A program made the translations under genes and the position numbers. From Candidatus Poribacteria bacterium (GTDB taxonomy: Bacteria > Poribacteria > WGA-4E > WGA-3G), in the NCBI GenBank assembly GCA_958295945.1, contig OY282386.1, positions 2,906,204-2,970,203 on the forward strand: a stretch of 64,000 bases of DNA. The letters run 5' to 3'. Numbering within the stretch: the first letter of the stretch is position 1; each line of letters starts with the position of its first letter. Below are positions 39,136 to 47,803 of this stretch, one piece after another. Below the pieces are notes generated by a model that saw nothing but the letters and a program-made list of their open reading frames with translations, was not told where the DNA came from and made no database searches.

Positions 39136-40812
39136 TCAATTAGAAATGGTATTATATGTATATGTCCTACGAAGAATACTCTTGTGACCTTGATCGTTTT
39201 GCAGGCGATAGATTACGGTGTATATCCCTTGCATTTTTTGAAATGTATTACTATCAAGAAGAGGTGTAAATTCAACATATTTTGAAGTATCAGTTGGTAC
39301 TACTATTTTTTCACTGAAAGGACCGTAACACCTCACACCTAATGGATTGAGCACCTTCCATGTCAGTGTCACATGCTTCGGACGTGGTGGATTGTTGACA
39401 TATACCGTGATTTTATCTCCTAAAGTGTCTTTATCCATATAGAGTGTTCCCAATTTAGACAGCATTTTGTCTGTAAGCGTTATCGGAGGTACATATTCCA
39501 AATACCCGTTTCCAGGTATTGCACGCCATGTTCCACCTGTGGCTATTGCAATCTGTTTGATCGGTAGATAATCTAGTCCAATAACCTCAACACGAACTTG
39601 TTCCTTTTGCAAGGTAGAGATGACTTCATCAAGGCTATATTGTGACTTGCCATCAAAATCAGCATCATGAAAAGCTGCATCACTTGCAAGAATAAAGAAA
39701 CGTTGTGCATTTCGTCTGAATCGCATCTTATTGACAGCATCCATCAACGCATCTAAACCTGCTTCCGACATATCTCCGCCTCTATCAACATCAATCTTGA
39801 ACAACAAATTTTTGAATTTGCCGAAGTCAGTCGTTAACCCATAATTTTTGACTTTATCTGTGAATGTCACCAATCCGTAAGCTGCGTCTCGTTTTTCTCC
39901 CTTGAAGGCATCAAACACAAAGTCAAAATATGCACGAATCCCACGGATATTATCCATCATACTTGCGGTTTCATCAAGCAGAAAGACTATATCAACCTTA
40001 TCTGATGTTGTTGCAGATGTGAGTTGACCAGCAATGTCTTGCATCATCTTGATATAAATCCCACCGACTTTTCTACCACTTGATGTACTACTACCACTAC
40101 TACCACCCCATGTATTCCCCATACCTGCAGCTCGGAATGCATCGCCTCGCTTACTACCATAATGGATCTGTGGTGCACCTGCCTTTGGTGAAATACCACG
40201 CAAAGTGGCACTTACCTCTAAATTGATTGTACCTGTGTCCACACTTGGTGTCCCGATGGTATTTTTTGATGTAGATGTTAGTGTAAACTGGTCTCGATTA
40301 ACTTTGACAGTAGTGTTATGTGTGTGTGGATTTTGTGTTATATTTGCCTGTCGTAATGTGTGAAGATCTTCACCATCGTTTCTTGTATCTTCGTCAGGTT
40401 TATTGACGTTTTCCTGTGTTCGTCTTTCTGCTGTTGCTGCCATTTCTTCAAAACTATCAATATTCAACAGTGCGGTGTTTATATCAACGGTTGGTTTCGT
40501 TGGCGTAGGGGGTTTTTCTACTTCTTCATTAGAATTATCGTTTCTTGTAGGGGTAGGTATCTCCACAACCTCAGGTGGTTTAGGTTCAGTAATGCGTTGA
40601 ATTGGCACAAGTTCTCCAACTATTTCAGGTCTGAAATCTGGTTGTGCTATGTCTGTTGGAGAATACCACCACAGGCAAAACAGAAGAATTATGTGGATTA
40701 ACAGGGAATAGATAAGAAATGGGTGTTTCCGCTTTTTGTTGTTCATTTTTTTAATACCAATACGAAAAGGACTACTATAATCTATCCATATTATGATGGT
40801 GTATAAAGACAT
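39136..40812 (-). CDS. Membrane-anchored von Willebrand factor A (vWA) domain protein
   Basis: N-terminal TM segment (FLIYSLLIHIILLFCLWWY), a Pro/Thr-rich linker, a vWA region with a MIDAS-like DETASM (DxTxS) and a C-terminal beta-rich domain. Probable start at the internal MNNKKRK. Confidence 0.6.
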   Translation of the reverse strand: MSLYTIIIWIDYSSPFRIGIKKMNNKKRKHPFLIYSLLIHIILLFCLWWYSPTDIAQPDFRPEIVGELVPIQRITEPKPPEVVEIPTPTRNDNSNEEVEKPPTPTKPTVDINTALLNIDSFEEMAATAERRTQENVNKPDEDTRNDGEDLHTLRQANITQNPHTHNTTVKVNRDQFTLTSTSKNTIGTPSVDTGTINLEVSATLRGISPKAGAPQIHYGSKRGDAFRAAGMGNTWGGSSGSSTSSGRKVGGIYIKMMQDIAGQLTSATTSDKVDIVFLLDETASMMDNIRGIRAYFDFVFDAFKGEKRDAAYGLVTFTDKVKNYGLTTDFGKFKNLLFKIDVDRGGDMSEAGLDALMDAVNKMRFRRNAQRFFILASDAAFHDADFDGKSQYSLDEVISTLQKEQVRVEVIGLDYLPIKQIAIATGGTWRAIPGNGYLEYVPPITLTDKMLSKLGTLYMDKDTLGDKITVYVNNPPRPKHVTLTWKVLNPLGVRCYGPFSEKIVVPTDTSKYVEFTPLLDSNTFQKMQGIYTVIYRLQNDQGHKSILRRTYTYNTISN

Positions 40813-40877
40813 GCATCCAATATACTAAGAACTTCATCAAGGAGTTCATGAGGAGACTTTTCAATGAATTCAACCTG

Positions 40878-41135
40878 TCAACTATTATAATCTACAGATT
40901 TTATTTGTTCTACCATAACATAACCTGTTAGTGAGGATTGAGACGGGATTTTTACATGAAACGGTACATTTCTGTGGGTATTAGTTAGAGGACATACCAT
41001 AGCAAGTTGAGTCCGTATGTTAAATTGTGTATTACTGACAATCAATGCGGGGCGTCTTCCTTTCTGTTCATATCCTGATTGTGGATCGAATGATAGACGG
41101 ACGAAATCTCCTTTCTCTGGAATATACCTTCGCAT
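40878..41135 (-). CDS. mazF: Type II toxin, MazF/PemK-family mRNA interferase
   Basis: 85 aa; GDFVRLSFDPQSGYEQKGRRPALIVS...AMVCPLT is a canonical PemK/MazF core. Confidence 0.8.
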   Translation of the reverse strand: MRRYIPEKGDFVRLSFDPQSGYEQKGRRPALIVSNTQFNIRTQLAMVCPLTNTHRNVPFHVKIPSQSSLTGYVMVEQIKSVDYNS

Positions 41136-41411
41136 CTACCATACCTCTTTACCAACGGGGTTACCCCACTCTGTTTCCTCTGGTTGATATTCTTCAGGCA
41201 TTTCGGCAAGTAACTCCTGTAAATCAATTCGTTTTCTCGCTATAGTACGAGTTTCAACAATTATCCTACCATTTTGAATTGTTACCTGGACTTCATCCCC
41301 CGCTTTGATTTTTGCTTCGTCCAACATTGTCTTTGTAAAATAGATACTATCACTATTATCAGTTTTTTGTATCTTGGTTACCACAACAATTCTCCTTTTT
41401 TCATTATTCAA
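41136..41411 (-). CDS. mazE: Type II antitoxin, MazE/AbrB-type
   Basis: 91 aa. Directly abuts mazF (stop codon adjacent to the mazF start). SpoVT/AbrB-like AGDEVQVTIQNGRIIVE. Confidence 0.7.
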   Translation of the reverse strand: MNNEKRRIVVVTKIQKTDNSDSIYFTKTMLDEAKIKAGDEVQVTIQNGRIIVETRTIARKRIDLQELLAEMPEEYQPEETEWGNPVGKEVW

Positions 41412-41422
41412 ATATTTTTCAA

Positions 41423-42391
41423 CTATAAATGAAATTCAACTACATCACCATCATATAGGACATCGTTACGACTGACTGGCTGTCCATCGTGCCATTCAGG
41501 TCCCCATATTCGTGCAAGTTTGAATTCCGCAAAATCTTTGTGTAGACCCAGGGCAGCATCAAACACAGTTGCCCCGTTTGGTAAAACAATAGGGTCATCC
41601 CGTTCTACAGATTTTCCCGGTGCTTTCGGATAAACACGAACGATGTCCAATATATCGTATAAACCTTGTAATAGCTCTTCTTTACCCTCTCCTGTCTCAG
41701 CGGAGATTACATAGATAGGCACATCATCACCATAAAACTCAGATAGTATCTCCAATCTATCATTAGCATCTGGTGCATCAATTTGATTCGCAACAACGAT
41801 ATACCCTAACTCATCTCCATCAGCTTCTCCTCTTTGCTCGTTAAAAACGGAAAGAACAATATCTAATTCATCTAAGAGATTATCGTTCGCAAGACTTATT
41901 ACACCTAAACACAAATCAGCGTTCCTGACTAATGTCAGCACTGAAGGAGAGATAAAATCCTGCATTACTGAAGGAGTGTCAATCAGTTGGAATTGTATAT
42001 TCTCATAGGGAAGCATCCCTACAATCGGCATCGTTGTAGTGTATGGTGTCGGTGAGACCTCAGATTTCGCTTTTGTCCAGTTGGCAAGTATCTGTGATTT
42101 ACCACTGTTGGGTGGACCTAACATTACAAGTTGTCCAGCACCCTGTTTCGGTATATGTTCGCTATAACCCTTTTTCCCTGCTCCTTTACCACCTTTGCCT
42201 GATGAACCTTTTTTCAAGACTGCGATTCGCTTACGTAAATCCGATACTACTTTTTCTGTGCCTTTATGTTTTGGAACAATTCGAAGCATTTCCTCTAACA
42301 GACTCAGCCGTTCTTCATCTGATTTTGCTGCTTCATGTTCGTGTTTGAGTTTATAGTAGGTTGGAGGTAGATTTGCTGGCATATTGTTCAC
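41423..42391 (-). CDS. DRG-like (developmentally-regulated GTP-binding protein/Obg-HflX superfamily) GTPase with C-terminal TGS domain; G3/G4 motifs degenerate
   Basis: N-terminal helical region LKHEHEAAKSDEERLSLLEEMLRI...KKGSSGKGGKGAGKKGY, a glycine/lysine-rich linker, G1 GPPNSGKS, and a TGS-like C-terminus ...RIWGPEWHDGQPVSRNDVLYDGDVVEFHL. DTPS replaces DxxG and NQID replaces NKxD. Confidence 0.6.
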   Translation of the reverse strand: MNNMPANLPPTYYKLKHEHEAAKSDEERLSLLEEMLRIVPKHKGTEKVVSDLRKRIAVLKKGSSGKGGKGAGKKGYSEHIPKQGAGQLVMLGPPNSGKSQILANWTKAKSEVSPTPYTTTMPIVGMLPYENIQFQLIDTPSVMQDFISPSVLTLVRNADLCLGVISLANDNLLDELDIVLSVFNEQRGEADGDELGYIVVANQIDAPDANDRLEILSEFYGDDVPIYVISAETGEGKEELLQGLYDILDIVRVYPKAPGKSVERDDPIVLPNGATVFDAALGLHKDFAEFKLARIWGPEWHDGQPVSRNDVLYDGDVVEFHL

Positions 42392-42549
42392 CGAATCTGT
42401 GTATATTTAAAATAACTAAGACACATTACAACACCTACGACATATTACCAAATTTCTATGGTGGTGTCAAGATCATCTCATCTCATAGCAAAGACAAACA
42501 ATTTTGATCTCTCTGTTTACCTGCTGTAAACAAGTCACTCCTCTATGAT

Positions 42550-42771
42550 TCATGGGTTGATGAGTTCGATTGCATATTTTATACAACCTGTCACGAAGAA
42601 GATGACTGCAGCGGCAAAAAGAATAACGATTACAGCTAAAAAATAGCCCAAAAATAAACCATCTATGAGATTAAGGCAACCCTCTTCATCTGTTGAGAAT
42701 AATTTTCCCCAAAAAAAATAACCTAAGCAGATTATAATGAACACTGCCGAACATATAACGTAAACCATCAT
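42550..42771 (-). CDS. Small two-TM membrane protein (73 aa)
   Basis: Two hydrophobic helices (VICSAVFIIICLGYFFW and LGYFLAVIVILFAAAVIFFV). Confidence 0.4.
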   Translation of the reverse strand: MMVYVICSAVFIIICLGYFFWGKLFSTDEEGCLNLIDGLFLGYFLAVIVILFAAAVIFFVTGCIKYAIELINP

Positions 42772-42917
42772 ACATTTCCCATTGATTAGAGTTACGAAAC
42801 AATTTTTATATATTGTTCCAATAGTGTTTTCGTCAATATTGAAATTTCAGTTCTCTGTCTTTCTGCAATTCGTCCAACAATCCACTCACGACATAGATTT
42901 TCAATCACAGAAATACT

Positions 42918-43523
42918 TCATGCCTTTTGCTCCACCATGCTGGAAAGGATGCCGAGGATTTTGTCACACTGTCCAATAGCATAAACTTCCTTATCAATGT
43001 ATAGTTTTTTCCCTTCCAATTTGAGAAATTGCCACATAGTGCCTGTAGTGGCAGTTCCATAAATACAAGGGATGTCATTTCCTTTTTGGGTATTAAAGTG
43101 TTGGGCGGCGAGCATTTCAGCGATACACTGGCCGAAGCCAGAAACAGGATTTTCTCGCTTTGCTTCAACAAGAATGATTATGGGTGCTTCTAAATAAAAT
43201 TGCACAGGTGAGAGACTTACCAGAAAATCACATACGCCGGTCAAACCCTTTTCAACAGCAACACTGAAGTCAATTCCTGAAAAGAAACTAATTCGGTCCT
43301 CAAACTTTTCGCGAAGTTCAACGAGAACATCGGTGACAATTAATTCCGAGCTAGCTTTTTCTGTACCGATTGCGAGGGCTAATGGCACTTTTTTTGCCAA
43401 TGCAGTGGTAAGATGTGCACTCAGTGATACCGGTTCTAATCTGGAAGAAATATCCGCTGCTTCATTCGTTTCTAACTGAAACGCTTTAATTACTTCTTCG
43501 ATGGTAAAATTGCTATACGCCAT
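42918..43523 (-). CDS. PD-(D/E)XK nuclease-fold protein, stand-alone HsdR-N-terminal-like (HSDR_N_2-like) domain; tandem paralog 1 of 3
   Basis: 201 aa; GVCDFLVSLSP...APIIILVEAKREN (D...E-A-K), then GQCIAEM and GTATTGTMWQFLK (TNG..W.F-like). Confidence 0.5.
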   Translation of the reverse strand: MAYSNFTIEEVIKAFQLETNEAADISSRLEPVSLSAHLTTALAKKVPLALAIGTEKASSELIVTDVLVELREKFEDRISFFSGIDFSVAVEKGLTGVCDFLVSLSPVQFYLEAPIIILVEAKRENPVSGFGQCIAEMLAAQHFNTQKGNDIPCIYGTATTGTMWQFLKLEGKKLYIDKEVYAIGQCDKILGILSSMVEQKA

Positions 43524-43655
43524 TGTGTTAGTCCTCCTAAATGGTCATAGAACAAATAATGCTTTAATGTGTCCAATTTATCTATGCAAAATGATTGCCC
43601 GTTGAAATGTGTTCGACAATCCTTTCCAGATTAGATTCTCAGGGGCTGTAATAAT

Positions 43656-44261
43656 CTACGCCTTCTGTTCTACCATACTCGCGAGAATACCGAGGATTTT
43701 GTCACACCCATGAATTGAGTAGAATTCTGTATCAATATGGAGTTTCTGTCCATCTAATTTGAGAAATCGCCAGTCCGCTCCAGTCGTGCTGACCCCGTAG
43801 ATGTATGGGATACTGTTCGCTCTTTCAACATTAAATTGCTGTGCTGCGATCATCTCTGCAACACATTGACCGATGCCTTCTAATAAGTCATCCTTTTTTG
43901 CTTCAACCAAAACGATGATGGGTGCTTCCAAGACAAATGACACAGGTGACAGGCTTATCAGAAAGTCACACACACCAGTTAATCCCTTCTCAGCATCAAC
44001 GTTAAAGTCAATACCCGAAAAGAGGCTAATCTGTCGATCAAAATGTTCCCTCAGTTCCAAGAGCACATCCCCAACAATCATTTCTGATTTTGCTTTTTCT
44101 GTCCCGATAGCAAGCGCGACTGGCACATTGCGTTTCAATTCTGTTTTCAAATGCGCGCTCGGTGCCACAGGTGCTACATCACAAAAGAGGTCCGTGGGAA
44201 CATCTATTTCAAGTTGAAACTCAGTTTTCACGCTATCTAAAGTAAAGCTGCTATAAGACAT
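43656..44261 (-). CDS. PD-(D/E)XK nuclease-fold protein (HSDR_N_2-like); tandem paralog 2 of 3
   Basis: 201 aa; GVCDFLISLSP...APIIVLVEAKKDD, GQCVAEM, GVSTTGADWRFLK. About 60-65% identical to paralog 1. Confidence 0.5.
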   Translation of the reverse strand: MSYSSFTLDSVKTEFQLEIDVPTDLFCDVAPVAPSAHLKTELKRNVPVALAIGTEKAKSEMIVGDVLLELREHFDRQISLFSGIDFNVDAEKGLTGVCDFLISLSPVSFVLEAPIIVLVEAKKDDLLEGIGQCVAEMIAAQQFNVERANSIPYIYGVSTTGADWRFLKLDGQKLHIDTEFYSIHGCDKILGILASMVEQKA

Positions 44262-44289
44262 TATGCAATACCCCTTGTTCTGTAAAGAT

Positions 44290-44919
44290 TCACGCTTTTT
44301 GTTCTACCATACTCACGAGAATGCCGAGAATTTTATCGCACTGACCAATCGAATAGAGTGTTCTATCAATATGGAGTTTTTGTCCTTCCAATTTGAGAAA
44401 CCGCCAATCTGTTCCGGATGTGGTAGCTCCATAGATGCAAGAGAAGTCATTCCCTTTTTCTGCATTGAAACGTTGTGCAGCGAGCATCTCTGCAGCACAT
44501 TGTCCGAAGCCGAGTGTCAGGTTATCTTTCTTTGCCTCAACGAGAATGATGACAGGTGCGTCTAAAAATGAGAGGATAGGAGACAGACTTACCAAAAAAT
44601 CGCAAACACCAGTTAAACCTTTGTCATCATCAACGTTAAAGTCAATACCTGAAAAAAAACTTATGCCACGATCGAATTGCTCACGGAGTTCAAACAGAAC
44701 ATCAGTTACAATCAGTTCTGACCTCGCCTTCTCTGTACCAATTGAGATAGCTAACTGCACCTTTTCTTCTAACTCAGACATGAAACGATCCCGTGGCCTG
44801 ACCACATCTGTTTCAGAAAAGACACCAGCAGATTCTATAATTTCCAGTTCAAATTCTGAACGAACTGTATCTAAAGTGAAATTACTATAAACCACTACAC
44901 AATGCCTCCTTCTTATCAA
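44290..44919 (-). CDS. PD-(D/E)XK nuclease-fold protein (HSDR_N_2-like); tandem paralog 3 of 3 (real start probably near VVVYSNFTL)
   Basis: GVCDFLVSLSP...APVIILVEAKKDN, GQCAAEM, GATTSGTDWRFLK. The N-terminal 9 residues of the ORF as given are probably not translated. Confidence 0.5.
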   Translation of the reverse strand: MIRRRHCVVVYSNFTLDTVRSEFELEIIESAGVFSETDVVRPRDRFMSELEEKVQLAISIGTEKARSELIVTDVLFELREQFDRGISFFSGIDFNVDDDKGLTGVCDFLVSLSPILSFLDAPVIILVEAKKDNLTLGFGQCAAEMLAAQRFNAEKGNDFSCIYGATTSGTDWRFLKLEGQKLHIDRTLYSIGQCDKILGILVSMVEQKA

Positions 44920-45004
44920 TTTTCTCCTAACATTCCTATTATTGTAATGTTAAGTATATCACTTAAAATTCCTGTCGTCATATCAAACTGACAAAGTGAT
45001 AATC

Positions 45005-45790
45005 TCACTTTTCGTCTTGGACAGTGCTAATCTCATCTTCGGATATTTTGTGGACACTCTTTGGATTAAATGTCTGCGTAGTATCAACACGCAACGCCAC
45101 TTCAATTCTTCCACCTGTCAATACAAAAAACTGAATAAGAAAACCACCACCCTGCATCGATTCAACCTGATATTCATCAGTATCAAGATCACCAATCCAT
45201 TCTGGCAGCACATCTTCAAATTTCGGATGTACAATCACATTCTCTGGTAGTGCAACTATTAGCGTTCCGGGTTCATCACCAATTGCATTACCAATGATCT
45301 CTCGTTTTTCTACCATAAATGGGACAACGGTACTAGCATATTCAAAATCATCTCGTGTGTTACGTTCTGGTGGCACAAGTCCCCACGTCAGGTGATGGAT
45401 AAACGGATTGCCATATCCTTGTCCAAGCATGTGTTGCAAAGCCGTTTTGTCAACAGGATGCACAACAGCAACGTAGTCAAACCAACCATCATTCCGTGCG
45501 GGACTCTCCGCTGACAATTGTGCAGAAACATTGATATAGTCGCATCCATCAACAGGAGATGGATAACAGCGTGCATCCCATCCATTTATATATCCGAGTT
45601 GTTTTAAACCATCAGCTATGCAGTGAGGTGGATCACAAAAAATGGCAGCGTGATCCATGTTTGGATAGATCTGGACACCTGCACTCGTAATATGGTCCGC
45701 AACTTCGGTGGCTTCGGTAAAACGCAACGCTGCGTTTTCAATTTGTAAGTAATCTGCAAAATTTGTAGGCAATTTAATCAAGCTTTCCAT
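45005..45790 (-). CDS. Hypothetical protein (261 aa)
   Basis: ORF with good coding appearance. No domain recognised. Confidence 0.45.
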   Translation of the reverse strand: MESLIKLPTNFADYLQIENAALRFTEATEVADHITSAGVQIYPNMDHAAIFCDPPHCIADGLKQLGYINGWDARCYPSPVDGCDYINVSAQLSAESPARNDGWFDYVAVVHPVDKTALQHMLGQGYGNPFIHHLTWGLVPPERNTRDDFEYASTVVPFMVEKREIIGNAIGDEPGTLIVALPENVIVHPKFEDVLPEWIGDLDTDEYQVESMQGGGFLIQFFVLTGGRIEVALRVDTTQTFNPKSVHKISEDEISTVQDEK

Positions 45791-45953
45791 GTGATTCCTC
45801 CGTGGTATTACAAGATGCGATGCAATATCAGTTTAACAAAATTTACGACCATTAGCAAACGTATTTTCGTTGAAAAAAGTATGGAATACTGTTAACATAG
45901 AGACATTCAGATTCTGGAACATCAGAACAGTAGATTGTATCAAACCATGATTA

Positions 45954-46754
45954 TTGAGGGAATTAATGAGAAGAAATACATTTCGTGAATTACTTAATGC
46001 TGATAAACCAACCGTAGGAACACATATCCATACAACTTGGCCATCCATCGTTGAAGCAATTGGACATACAGGATTATATGACTATGTTGAATTTGTTGGG
46101 GAATACGGTCCATTTGACTTACACGATTTAGATAATTTGTGTAGAGCTGCTGAACTCCATAATATTTCAACAATGATTAAAGTTGACCAAGAACCGCGGG
46201 GATTCATTGCACAGCGCGCGATCGGTTCTGGATTCCAGAGTGTGCTTTATGCCGATTGTCAAAACGTTGAAGATGTGAAGGAGTGTGTGAAAATTACGCG
46301 TGCAGATACACCACAAGATGGAGGTAGTTACGGTGTTGCTACGCGCAGGTTCTCATATATGGGATATGGAGGCGGACCAGAATATGTTCAAGCACTACGA
46401 GATGTCGTCGTTGTTATTATGATTGAGAAGAAAGGGACAGTTGACAATCTTGAAGAGGTAATGTCCGTTGAAGGCGTTGACATGATACAATGGGGTGGTT
46501 CGGATTACTCTATGAGTATTGGTAAGGTTGGTCAGCGCGGTTCTTCAGAAATCCAAGAAACGGAACGGAGAGTATTTGAAACCGCATTAAAGATGGGAGT
46601 TCCGCCTCGGGCAGAGATTGGTAGTGCTGATGGCGCAAAACGATTTCTTGATATGGGGGTCCGACACTTCTGTATCGGAACTGATATATCTATTCTCTAT
46701 GGCTGGTGGCGCGAACATGGTGATGGATTACGGAAAGCACTTGAGGGACATTAA
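45954..46754 (+). CDS. HpcH/HpaI-family 2-keto-3-deoxy-acid aldolase
   Basis: 266 aa. N-terminal NTFRELLNADKPTVGTHI..., internal ...IMIEKKGTVDNLEEVMSVEGVDMIQWGGSDYSMSIG... and ...FCIGTDISIL match the HpaI/HpcH/2-keto-3-deoxy-L-rhamnonate aldolase pattern (TIM-barrel). Confidence 0.7.
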   Translation: MRELMRRNTFRELLNADKPTVGTHIHTTWPSIVEAIGHTGLYDYVEFVGEYGPFDLHDLDNLCRAAELHNISTMIKVDQEPRGFIAQRAIGSGFQSVLYADCQNVEDVKECVKITRADTPQDGGSYGVATRRFSYMGYGGGPEYVQALRDVVVVIMIEKKGTVDNLEEVMSVEGVDMIQWGGSDYSMSIGKVGQRGSSEIQETERRVFETALKMGVPPRAEIGSADGAKRFLDMGVRHFCIGTDISILYGWWREHGDGLRKALEGH

Positions 46755-46758
46755 ATCA

Positions 46759-46824
46759 GTTGTCAGTCGTCAGTTATAGAGGATTCTGAACCAACAAAGT
46801 CATCTATAACTGACCGCTGACAAC
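46759..46824. terminator. Long inverted repeat (21-bp arms, 2 mismatches, 24-nt loop) between convergent genes; a bidirectional terminator candidate
   Basis: Arms are gttgtcagtcgtcagttatag (46759-46779) and ctataactgaccgctgacaac (46804-46824). It begins 5 nt after the aldolase stop and ends 7 nt before the creatininase stop. Confidence 0.35.
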
Positions 46825-46830
46825 CAAAAA

Positions 46831-47562
46831 CTATGACAACATCTCTTGCATCTTTCCTGCAACCCAATCAACCGCAACATCAATCATTACCTGTCCACTT
46901 TCTGAAGTAGCGAGTTTTGCCTGATGATGATATTCTCTGTCAGATTTTGCTTGTCCTTCATTGGAAATTGTGAGTTTAGCACTGTCGTAATCAACACCAT
47001 TCCAATCAACGTTTTCTGCAAAAGCAGCAAGTGCAAACGCAGTCTCAAATTCCGCTGCATGTCCTGGACAAATTCCTGACTCCATCTGTTCTTGAACTAA
47101 CTCACCAGAGTATGCTTCCCAGTATGAGTGGAATGCGATATTGATTCCCAATTTTTCTCTGTAACCATCCAATCGTTGATGTACTGGTCCAGCATTCCCA
47201 GCATGTCCATTGACAATTAAAATGTTTTCAACACCATGTCGTCGCATGCTATCTGCAACATCGTATAGGACCTCACCGAACACCTCTGCACGAAGTGTGA
47301 GCGTGCCTTTATGATCCATCCAATGTTCCGAGACACCGATGGCTAAAGGCGTTGTCACTATTACCTGTGGGTATAACTTCTCTGCTGCCAGCTTAGACAC
47401 ATACACAGCACTCTGTGTATCGTGGTACATCGCTAAATGCTCGTTGTGTTGTTCTGTGCTGCCTGTGGGAATAATAGCACCTTTGAGCGTGCCAGCGTCT
47501 ATCGCCTCACGCACATATCGCCTTTGGTTTTCCCACAATAACACTGATTTTATTTGAGACAT
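46831..47562 (-). CDS. Creatininase/creatinine amidohydrolase-family protein
   Basis: IIPTGSTEQHNEHLAMYHDTQ...TPLAIGVSEHW...ILIVNGHAGNAG matches the creatininase-family metal-binding pattern; 243 aa. Confidence 0.7.
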   Translation of the reverse strand: MSQIKSVLLWENQRRYVREAIDAGTLKGAIIPTGSTEQHNEHLAMYHDTQSAVYVSKLAAEKLYPQVIVTTPLAIGVSEHWMDHKGTLTLRAEVFGEVLYDVADSMRRHGVENILIVNGHAGNAGPVHQRLDGYREKLGINIAFHSYWEAYSGELVQEQMESGICPGHAAEFETAFALAAFAENVDWNGVDYDSAKLTISNEGQAKSDREYHHQAKLATSESGQVMIDVAVDWVAGKMQEMLS

Positions 47563-47599
47563 TATTTATCCTCCAATATGGAATAACTAGATAACATGA

Positions 47600-47803
47600 T
47601 TAGTTGAATTGTTTAAAATATTCGTCAATTTCATCTCTTAATTCAATACCTGCTTGTTCAAAGGCATCTAAAAGTTCAACGTATGTTCCTTCACCACCGA
47701 TAAAATCCCAAATCGTTTTAGATCTATAGGACTTGAACTTTACGCGTATACAATCCTTAATCTTCTCTTTAATCATCGTTTGCCGTTGTAAATTCATTCT
47801 CAC
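47600..47803 (-). CDS. Small hypothetical protein (67 aa) overlapping the 3' end of the methyltransferase gene by 35 nt
   Basis: ORF only. Charged, helical-looking. Confidence 0.3.
   Translation of the reverse strand: MRMNLQRQTMIKEKIKDCIRVKFKSYRSKTIWDFIGGEGTYVELLDAFEQAGIELRDEIDEYFKQFN

Noticed and set aside
40360-40701. 113-aa plus-strand ORF
   Set aside because: Antisense within the vWA gene; Cys/Phe-rich shadow frame.
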